Shown here: positions 23,835 through 31,193 of the stretch, in pieces | Layout of the letters: the number at the start of each line of letters is the position of its first letter | How positions within the stretch are numbered: position 1 is the first letter of the stretch | Assembly (NCBI GenBank): GCA_964598045.1 | Contig: CAZRAS010000001.1 | Coordinates: forward strand, 1-31,193 | Length of the DNA: 31,193 bases | DNA from: an uncultured Clostridia bacterium | GTDB taxonomy: Bacteria > Bacillota > Clostridia > Christensenellales > Borkfalkiaceae | Reading direction: 5' to 3' | Made by a program: the position numbers and the translations under genes | The notes under the pieces: generated by a model | The model's database searches: none | The model's input: only the letters and a program-made list of their open reading frames with translations | Told to the model about the DNA's origin: nothing

Positions 23835-26690
23835 TTATTTCCCCCTTGCTTTATTTTTTCTTTCGTCCTTCTTTTCGAATGCAACCGCACAAGCGATCGT
23901 ACCCGCAAGACCTACTACAAAGAGCACTGCAACAACTACATTCGCAACCAACACTGCCATTTCCCAAGCGGGAACGACTTTGACAATTCGTGCACCGTTA
24001 CCCAAACCGTTCATGGCCGCACTCTGCGTCATAACGTAAAGGTTACGTTTTGCCGCAAGACGCATGCACTGAAGGATATATCCGTCGCCGCCTTGGATTG
24101 CTTTCAAAATACGATCTGCGTTTGCACCTGCAGAGTCGCAGCAGCTATAATCCATACCTGCAACCAATTCTTCCAACGTATTGTTGTAGTAACCGGTGTT
24201 TACGTAACCGTCGGAGGTAACGTGACCCTTGAAGCCCCATTCGTTACGAAGTACGGTGGTCATCATAGGCGCATAGTTCTTACCGAGCTGCGTACCTACA
24301 CGGCCGGTGGTAGCCATAACGCTGAGTGCGCCGCCGTCAAACGAACCTTCGAACGCTCTCAAATAAATTTCACGCAAAGCTTGTTCTTCGACAAACACCG
24401 TCAAACCGGTACGATAGGTTTCCTGATCGTTACAGCACATATGTTTTACACAAATGATGCCGCCGACTGCCTTAGCTGCTTTACATTCATAATAACCGAC
24501 GATAGACGAAAGGTTTGCGTCTTCCGACCAATACTGACGAATACGTCCGCCGTAAGGAGTACGATGCAAGTTGCCTGCGCCATACCAAATTTCATCCGTG
24601 CCCTTCAAGAATGCACAGAGTGCGGAATATTTACCGCGAAGTTCTGCCATTTCGGTGTTCCAAGTACGAGCGGTGGAAGGATGGCTGATAAAGGTGATTT
24701 TGCCGCCTGCCGCGTTCGTATCGTCGTCCCCTTTCGAGGTGCCGGGAACGTCCAAATCGGAGATAACGTTCTTCGACTTAGAGTCGGTCATCGTTGTACA
24801 AAGTTGTTCGATCGTAAGCTGATCAAGGAATTTATTCCAGATTTCGTCGTCATCGAAGTCGACGTCTACCATGTCGGAAAGTTTCAATCCGTTATCCACG
24901 CCCTGCGTAAAGCTGTCCACGCTGGGAGCGTCTTCGGGGGTTTCGTAGTAGTAGTTGGAAAGTGCGTCCATCATCTGTTTGGTTGCCGTCAACTGCGTCG
25001 CAACGGGCCAAGTACCCTGCCAATCGTTACGAGTCATATAGGTGTATTCGTAACCGTCATAGTAGTTAAGACTTGCATCTTCGAAAACGTTTTCTACTTC
25101 ATAGCCTGTCTGGGTGGAAACGCTATACGTAGTTTTATCGATTTCGGACTGCGTCCACTTATGAACGAGTTCCTTATTGCCGTTTGCGGTCATGCCGTCT
25201 GCCGTCGAATATCCCTTTGCTGCCAAGATATTGTTGAGGGCATCGTGTGCGCCGTTACCGAGGGCGAGATAGTAATCGCCTGCGCTGAGGATATACGTAC
25301 CTGCGCCGTTCGTATCATAACTTGCAAGATAATATTCACGTACGTCTACGGTATAATCCTTGCTTTCGCCGGGTTGCAAAAGATCGGTCTTGGTGTATCC
25401 GACCAAGTTCACGGAAGCTTTTTCAACCTTGTTCTGAATTTCATACGTGCCGTAAGGGGTCTGTGCGTACACTTCGACAACGTCTTTACCTGCTACGTCG
25501 CCGATGTTCTTCACGTTAACCGTCATCACGTATTTCTTGTTTTCGGAATCGAACTTCACGTTTTTAATCGTCTGTTCGAAGGAAGTGTAAGAAAGACCGT
25601 AACCGAACGAGAAGCACATTTCATCCGAATAATCCCATGCAGCGCCGTCGGTGGAACCGTTGGTACCGTTTGCGTTTCCGTTGCCCATAACGACGTCTTC
25701 GTAACGGGTTTCGTAATACTTATACCCAACGTAGATACCTTCGGAATAAATTACGTAGTAACCGATGTTCTTTACGTTGTTGATCTTGTCGTATTCGCCC
25801 ATTTCGTCGTAGTTGCTCCACTGATAGGTGTTATCGTTTGCATTGACGATTGCGGGAGAGGAAAGGGAGTTGGAAGCATACGTATCTACCGTTTTACCGG
25901 AAGGATTTACTTTACCGGAAAGACATTCCGCAACACCCTGACAACCGTAGTCGCCGAAGTGACCTGCAAGAACGCATGCGTCTACGCCGTATTTATCCAA
26001 GAAATCGAGTTCCATCGCGAAGTCGTTACCGACGATCACGATGATCTTACCGAGTTTGCCTGCGTTTTTTAATTCGTACAGGCTGCTCATCATCGTTTCT
26101 TCGGAAGCCGTCAACGCCAAATAATGACGACCGTTATTCATGAATTTCGGGTCGCTGCCTTCGCCGCCGTCTCTCGAGAACGTAACGATGGCAACGTCGT
26201 CGTAACCGGTTGCAGAACCTGCGTCCGCTTCTTTCACGATGGTGGGATTTACATTAGCCGCGCCGAATTCGGACTGCATTGCTTCGAGCAAAGAAATAGG
26301 ACCGAATTCCAAATTATTGCTACTGTTGCTGTGATTGATGTTGCCCGTCGTGCCCGATCCGTAAAGAGTGATTTTGGATCCGCTCTTAAGAGGCAATGCG
26401 TTGTTTTTGTTCGTCAACAACGTAACGGCTTCTTCCGAAATCGTGATGTTTGCTTTTGCGGCATCTTCATACGCCGCATTCAACGCCTTCGAATCATAAC
26501 CGTATTCATTTTCCCAATAAATCGCGAATTGACCGTCGTCTCCGCCGATTTTCTCTGTTTCGGCTATACCTAAGTTGGTATTGATCCATGTTGTGTTGCC
26601 CAACGTCAACGTCGTCAATGATAAGCAAAGCATCAAAACCAATGACATCGCAGACGTAAAGCCACGAAAGATGTTTGTGAGTTTTTTCAT
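23835..26690 (-). CDS. Membrane-anchored, domain-permuted glycoside hydrolase family 3 (GH3_C, Fn3-like, GH3_N)
   Basis: N- and C-terminal TM helices; RDGGEG acid/base loop; VNPSGKTVDTY; YSEGIYVGYKYYET; GKDVVEVY; NLHRTPYGGR; KH..NDQE; WGFKGHVTSD nucleophile. Confidence 0.92.
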   Translation of the reverse strand: MKKLTNIFRGFTSAMSLVLMLCLSLTTLTLGNTTWINTNLGIAETEKIGGDDGQFAIYWENEYGYDSKALNAAYEDAAKANITISEEAVTLLTNKNNALPLKSGSKITLYGSGTTGNINHSNSSNNLEFGPISLLEAMQSEFGAANVNPTIVKEADAGSATGYDDVAIVTFSRDGGEGSDPKFMNNGRHYLALTASEETMMSSLYELKNAGKLGKIIVIVGNDFAMELDFLDKYGVDACVLAGHFGDYGCQGVAECLSGKVNPSGKTVDTYASNSLSSPAIVNANDNTYQWSNYDEMGEYDKINNVKNIGYYVIYSEGIYVGYKYYETRYEDVVMGNGNANGTNGSTDGAAWDYSDEMCFSFGYGLSYTSFEQTIKNVKFDSENKKYVMTVNVKNIGDVAGKDVVEVYAQTPYGTYEIQNKVEKASVNLVGYTKTDLLQPGESKDYTVDVREYYLASYDTNGAGTYILSAGDYYLALGNGAHDALNNILAAKGYSTADGMTANGNKELVHKWTQSEIDKTTYSVSTQTGYEVENVFEDASLNYYDGYEYTYMTRNDWQGTWPVATQLTATKQMMDALSNYYYETPEDAPSVDSFTQGVDNGLKLSDMVDVDFDDDEIWNKFLDQLTIEQLCTTMTDSKSKNVISDLDVPGTSKGDDDTNAAGGKITFISHPSTARTWNTEMAELRGKYSALCAFLKGTDEIWYGAGNLHRTPYGGRIRQYWSEDANLSSIVGYYECKAAKAVGGIICVKHMCCNDQETYRTGLTVFVEEQALREIYLRAFEGSFDGGALSVMATTGRVGTQLGKNYAPMMTTVLRNEWGFKGHVTSDGYVNTGYYNNTLEELVAGMDYSCCDSAGANADRILKAIQGGDGYILQCMRLAAKRNLYVMTQSAAMNGLGNGARIVKVVPAWEMAVLVANVVVAVLFVVGLAGTIACAVAFEKKDERKNKARGK

Positions 26691-26757
26691 GTCTTCCTCC
26701 TTTAGCTGGAAATTTTTTTAAGCGAGCCACCCTTTCTCTCGCCTTAAACTCTTGAGT

Positions 26758-26786
26758 ATTATAACATAGAAAAACTTCACTTTCCA
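26758..26786 (-). promoter_or_regulatory. Activator-type promoter of the GH3 operon
   Basis: Extended -10 TGtTATAAT (26763-26758) with a weak -35 TGGAAA at 17 nt. Confidence 0.65.
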
Positions 26787-26838
26787 TAACTTTTCACAAA
26801 CGACAAAAAAATAGAAACCAATAGAGAGCTCGTAGAAA

Positions 26839-26895
26839 AAAAAGTACCGTTCGTGTCCGAAAGATAAAAAACTATCGGTACGAACGGTACTTTTT
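26839..26895 (-). terminator. Long hairpin, likely terminator of the HK-LytTR unit
   Basis: 16-bp perfect arms AAAAAGTACCGTTCGT / ACGAACGGTACTTTTT; U8 on the minus strand. Confidence 0.7.
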
Positions 26896-26909
26896 CCGTA
26901 ACAAACGGA
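26880..26909 (-). promoter_or_regulatory. LytTR-type direct-repeat binding site
   Basis: TCCGTTTGT-N12-ACCGTTCGT; both boxes match the LytTR consensus [TA][AC][CA]GTTN[AG][TG] at 9/9 with the canonical 12-nt spacer. Confidence 0.65.
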
Positions 26910-26959
26910 AGTATGCAATTTTTTTTGAATTATTCGCTCATATTTTTTTTACTATTTCA

Positions 26960-29026
26960 CTAATCGATCACGGTCATGCCGTTATCTTCAAACCAAGCGA
27001 GGAATTCCTCCTTCACCTGCCGCAATCTTGCACGCCCGACGGGAATTTGCTCTCCGGTGCGCATTTCGATGATCAATTCGAAACGAATGAGGGAAATAAA
27101 GCCGCAATTGACAAGGAAACCTTTATGACATCGAATAAACCCTTCCTCCTTCAACTTCTCCTCCAAGGAATCCATTGTCGAACGCACGATCACGGTGTCT
27201 TGCTTATTCATATGCACGATCTGGTCCTTTTTGCTTCCCTCGATGTACACGATGTCTTTGATCGGCAAAAGGATCATGCCCTCGCCCGGAACTTGCAAAG
27301 AGATCGTCCGAGAAATATTGTCCTCTTTTTTCAACCATTCTTCGAACACGGACGCAATGTCCTTTAAGAACATGCTTTTCCGTACGAACCCGAAAGGATG
27401 CACGCTGAACGCATCGAATACTCGATCCTCTCGATTGGAAACGAAAATGATATCCGGTTCTTGATATTTTGCTCGAATTTTTTTCGCAAGCGTAATGCCG
27501 TCCATATCAGGCATATCGATATCCAAAAACAGGAGCGCGTACTTCTTTTTCTCCAATGCACGCAGCAATTCCTTTGCGGAAGAAAATCGATCGATTTCCC
27601 CGATGCACTCCTTTTGTGTCAAAATATCCTTTACGGAGCCTGCAATCACCCGTAAAATCATGTCCTCGTCATCGCAAATGCCTATTGATATTTTCGCGCT
27701 CATATACCCCCCCCGTTCCAATTGTTCATTTTCTGCGTTTTTCTTTCCTAAATATAACGATAAATGGAATTTTCGATCCTGAACGTTGATTTTCAATGTT
27801 CCGTTATATTTTTTCACGACCGAACGAATAATCTTCATTCCGTAACCGTGTACTTCATGATTCAGCTTCGTCGTGGGAATATGCGAACTGATTTTCCCTT
27901 CCGTGAATTTATCGGTGGCGTTGACGCATTGAATCAGGAAATTATTGTCCTTGTATTTCAAATTCAATTCCACCGTCTTATTCTCCATTTTCGACGCCGC
28001 TTCGATTGCATTGTCCAAAATATTCGTCAGCAAACTGCATAAATCCTTATCCTCAAAGGGCATTTGCGGCGGCACGAATATTTTATAATCGATCCTCACC
28101 CCCAACGAGTTTGCTCGTTTAATTTCAAAATTCAAAATATAATCGATGACGTAGTTTCCGCAAAGAGAAAACGGAAGCGCATCGTAAAGCTCGGTCGAAT
28201 ATTTCTCCAAATATTCCTTCAACTCCTCCGTTCTTCCCTCGTTCACCAGATAGGACATGAACGTCAAATGATTTTTCATGTCGTGACGGAGCTCTTTAAT
28301 CTTCTCGATTTCGCTGTGCGCAATCTCCATGACGTAATTTTCTTTTTCCTGTTTGAGATAAAGAATATTCAGCTTGGTCTTCTCGTCATACATTTTCGAA
28401 ATGCTATAATACAAATGAAAGGACACCAGTTCGATGACGACAAATCCGATGTCGATATAAAACCGAACATTTCCCGTACCCAAACTATGCTCGTGCTCGA
28501 ATATGTGAATGCAGGAAATCAAAATAATCAATGCACTGCAATATTTGGGCGCACTGCCGAATTTTTCCAGTCGCAAAAGACGGATATACGACGGAATCCC
28601 TACAAGCATTACGATCTGTACGGCGGTCGTAATAAAATTTTTCATTTCGATTTCAGCGCCTGAAATCGTACCGAGCCAAGATGAGATTGAAATACTGGAC
28701 ACAAAAACGGCATAATATAAAAATCCGTACACCGCACGCAAATCCCATGGAAGTTTACTTCGAAAAAGAGCATACAATAAAATGATGCTCGGGATGAGCA
28801 CGGATATTTTCACCGTCCAATCGAAATATTTTTCGACCAATCCCGCACCCATCGTCAAAACCAACCATACAACGAAAAAATCGACGGCTCGCCCAATGAC
28901 GTCCCGTCTATTCTTTGTCTTAGGTGCAAGAATGAGCAAAACCCCGATCACATAGGCAATTTCCGTCAACGGAAACGCAATGCCGTACTGCATTTTCACG
29001 TAATGCGTGACAAAATATTCCCACAT
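26960..29026 (-). CDS. In-frame fusion of an AgrC/VirS-like GHKL sensor kinase and an AgrA-like REC-LytTR response regulator (internal RR start at 27703)
   Basis: Six to seven TM helices, ELRHDMKNHL H-box, NILDNAIEAA, HGYGMKII; then ICDDE, FLDIDMP, FIRCHKGFLVN. Junction is a G8 tract at 27707-27714. Confidence 0.88.
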   Translation of the reverse strand: MWEYFVTHYVKMQYGIAFPLTEIAYVIGVLLILAPKTKNRRDVIGRAVDFFVVWLVLTMGAGLVEKYFDWTVKISVLIPSIILLYALFRSKLPWDLRAVYGFLYYAVFVSSISISSWLGTISGAEIEMKNFITTAVQIVMLVGIPSYIRLLRLEKFGSAPKYCSALIILISCIHIFEHEHSLGTGNVRFYIDIGFVVIELVSFHLYYSISKMYDEKTKLNILYLKQEKENYVMEIAHSEIEKIKELRHDMKNHLTFMSYLVNEGRTEELKEYLEKYSTELYDALPFSLCGNYVIDYILNFEIKRANSLGVRIDYKIFVPPQMPFEDKDLCSLLTNILDNAIEAASKMENKTVELNLKYKDNNFLIQCVNATDKFTEGKISSHIPTTKLNHEVHGYGMKIIRSVVKKYNGTLKINVQDRKFHLSLYLGKKNAENEQLERGGYMSAKISIGICDDEDMILRVIAGSVKDILTQKECIGEIDRFSSAKELLRALEKKKYALLFLDIDMPDMDGITLAKKIRAKYQEPDIIFVSNREDRVFDAFSVHPFGFVRKSMFLKDIASVFEEWLKKEDNISRTISLQVPGEGMILLPIKDIVYIEGSKKDQIVHMNKQDTVIVRSTMDSLEEKLKEEGFIRCHKGFLVNCGFISLIRFELIIEMRTGEQIPVGRARLRQVKEEFLAWFEDNGMTVID

Positions 29027-29057
29027 AGATAAACAAGTTCCCCCTTCCTTTTTTTCG

Positions 29058-29086
29058 ATTATAGCATAAAAAGAAAAATATGTCCA
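29058..29086 (-). promoter_or_regulatory. sigma-A promoter of the HK-LytTR gene
   Basis: TGGACA-N17-TATAAT with extended TG. Confidence 0.75.
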
Positions 29087-29321
29087 CTGTTTTTTGTTAA
29101 AAATTTGACGATTTGTGAGACAAAATATCTTTCGATATCAAGAATATTTTTCCTTTTTCTCGCCCATAAATTATTTCCGTATGATCGAAAATAGAAAAAA
29201 ACACCGTCCGTATGTTTACTTTCATACGGACAGCATTGCCTCTCTTTATTATGAATCGTGCGATTCCAGTACCTGCGTATTACGCCATGAAATCACGTAA
29301 ACGACGTGACGGCACCACCTT

Positions 29322-30791
29322 TTATTCTTCTTCGTTCTGCTGTTCAAAATATTTTTGAATGTACGCAACCAGTTTTGAATCCTCCTGAATTTTATAGGGG
29401 CCGTCATTCGTCCCGTCGTCCGTATATTGATTTGACCACACTTCATAGATCTCCTCATAACTTGCGGTGCGAAGGTCAAGTTTCAAATCGTACTCCTCGA
29501 TCGGCGTATCGGCACCGTTTTGAAGATCCATCCTATAAACAACCATTCCCCAGGTGTTATCCCACCAACCGACGGAAGCAATCTTATAATTCCAAATCGT
29601 CCAGCCCATTCCGCTTTGATCGTAAACGTCCAAAAACTCCATCCATGCGTCCTCGTCGTCAAAGAAGGTGAATTCTCCCATAAGTTTCGGAACGTCGTAG
29701 TCGGCAAACGCCAACGTCGCGTACATATAGTCATAGAACAACCAGTTGGGCAACGTACTCGAATTCCAGTTATACAAATGATATTGATACAACACGTTTT
29801 CCCAACCATATTTATCGGGATCGGGAAGAGAACCTAAATCCCAAACGCCCTCGATGGAAATGACGTGTTCGGTGTCCACTTCACGAATGGCGTCGTACAA
29901 TTTATCCATCACCTTCCATTGTTTGGAACCCGTCCCGAGCTCGTAACGATTCGTCGGCTCGTTTACAAGGTCATAAGCAAGGATCGTCGAAGCGAGATCG
30001 GCACGTTCCGTCTTATAGTGTTCGGCAATGCTGCGCCAAAGATTGCACATAAATTCAATATATTCTTCGGTATCCCAGAAATCGATGTCGCGCGTACCGC
30101 TGTGTTCGAATCCGCTTTGTCCGCCCATCACGCCGTGCATATCCACGATGACACGCAAATCTTGCTTCTTTGCCATGGCAAGGAAGGTATCCAATGCCTC
30201 AAAATCGAGGGTAATGTCTTCAAAATTCCTCTCGCAAAGCTGCTCGTCCGTGGTTCTGTATCTGTCGTGCGTTGTCAAAAATGTTCGATAATACACGGGA
30301 ACACGCACCGTGTTCAAACCCATGCCTTTTATATTTTCAAAATCGTAATCGGTGCAATAGGAAGAATAATACGCATCATTCAACGCTTCGAGCTGTTCGT
30401 CCGTGAATCGCGAGGCAAGAAGCTCGTCCATTTCTTCTTGAAAGATTTCCTCGTATTCCTCGACGATTCCGTCCTCGTTTACCTTTACGAAAGAACCGTC
30501 TTCATTGTACAACGCCCCGATGGAATTCACCGTCATCCAACCTTCCGAAATAAAGAGATTGCCGAAATTGACACCCTTGATTTCAAAAAGATCTCCGTTC
30601 TCGTCATACAATGCCTTTCCGTGCGCGACCACCGTGTTCGCACCGCTTTCACGCCTGATTTCCGAAGGCACTTCATACGAATAGCCCACTCGATAAACAT
30701 GCCACCGCCCTACGAGCAATCCGGCGACAGCCACTATGCCCAAGACAGAGACTCCGACAATTTTCGAAACTTTTTTGATGATTTTTTTCAC
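29322..30791 (-). CDS. Membrane-anchored glycoside hydrolase family 5 (exo-beta-glucanase-like)
   Basis: N-terminal TM; GVNFGN..EGWM, NTVRVP, VDMHG..GGQSG, DLVNEP (acid/base), YQYHLY, MGEF (nucleophile); GTG start. Confidence 0.9.
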   Translation of the reverse strand: MKKIIKKVSKIVGVSVLGIVAVAGLLVGRWHVYRVGYSYEVPSEIRRESGANTVVAHGKALYDENGDLFEIKGVNFGNLFISEGWMTVNSIGALYNEDGSFVKVNEDGIVEEYEEIFQEEMDELLASRFTDEQLEALNDAYYSSYCTDYDFENIKGMGLNTVRVPVYYRTFLTTHDRYRTTDEQLCERNFEDITLDFEALDTFLAMAKKQDLRVIVDMHGVMGGQSGFEHSGTRDIDFWDTEEYIEFMCNLWRSIAEHYKTERADLASTILAYDLVNEPTNRYELGTGSKQWKVMDKLYDAIREVDTEHVISIEGVWDLGSLPDPDKYGWENVLYQYHLYNWNSSTLPNWLFYDYMYATLAFADYDVPKLMGEFTFFDDEDAWMEFLDVYDQSGMGWTIWNYKIASVGWWDNTWGMVVYRMDLQNGADTPIEEYDLKLDLRTASYEEIYEVWSNQYTDDGTNDGPYKIQEDSKLVAYIQKYFEQQNEEE

Positions 30792-30870
30792 TTTTATTAC
30801 CCCTTAGCAGAATGTTTCCGCAAGTTACGTCAACGGTATGCAACGCCGTTCAACCCTAAACCCTATGTTT

Positions 30871-30899
30871 ATTATATCATAAAAAAAGAAGAATGTCTA
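30871..30899 (-). promoter_or_regulatory. sigma-A promoter of the GH5 gene
   Basis: TAGACA-N17-TATAAT with extended TG. Confidence 0.75.
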
Positions 30900-30967
30900 T
30901 AAAAATACGCGGCTAAATTTCTATTTGACGGCACAAGAAATCGTTTTTTTCCGTCCTTCTTCTTTCG

Positions 30968-31011
30968 AAAAATCCCCCGCAGACAGACATTCGTCTATCC
31001 GCAGGGGATTT
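30968..31011 (-). terminator. Probable terminator of a minus-strand unit lying at or beyond the window end
   Basis: AAATCCCC..AGAC-attc-GTCT..GGGGATTT with a U-run on the minus strand. Confidence 0.55.
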
Positions 31012-31193
31012 GTGTGTCATTCGATTTTAATACAATTTGCACATACCCTTAATTTGGAATTCTTTGTCTGTTGTAAGTCTTAGAACGAGGATCAACGCAA
31101 AGCGTTTCTCCCACTCCTTATAGAAAGTAAAACGTTAAGCAATACTTCATACATAAAGGACAAACAACCTACGCACATAAAAATTATAACCAT

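Noticed and set aside
24093-26072. 659-aa plus-strand ORF
   Set aside because: Antisense shadow of the GH3 gene caused by codon bias; no recognisable motifs or RBS.
31031-31193. Possible gene end on the minus strand at the window edge
   Set aside because: All frames are interrupted by stops within the segment; no supportable CDS can be called.

Overview
Chromosomal window from a low-to-medium GC Clostridia-like (probably gut) Firmicute; the taxonomy is inferred from gene content and consensus sigma-A promoters with extended -10 elements. No CRISPR array, rRNA, tRNA, integrase or transposase is visible. Gene order: truncated ABC-F ATPase; SPFH/band-7 gene plus Arc-like RHH regulator; secreted beta-rich protein; PLP-dependent histidine-decarboxylase-family enzyme; lipid cluster (CrtO-like acyltransferase, fakA, fakB/DegV, atypical PlsC-fold acyltransferase); tldD-tldE; membrane protein; XRE-SHOCT-like pair; mgtE; pnuC; heterodimeric multidrug ABC exporter with a divergent BltR-type MerR regulator; and a glycoside locus (GH5, AgrC/AgrA-like HK-LytTR fused ORF, permuted membrane-anchored GH3, small membrane protein, repeat-containing lipoprotein). 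The strongest leads are regulatory. (1) A structured mgtE leader that is not an M-box, with a strong-SD uORF and mutually exclusive terminator/antiterminator helices. (2) An unrecognised riboswitch-like attenuator before pnuC. (3) A G8 tract that toggles the HK and LytTR genes between a fusion and a normal ATGA-coupled pair, with canonical LytTR boxes upstream of the GH3 operon. All structures were read by eye; no folding or database searches were run.
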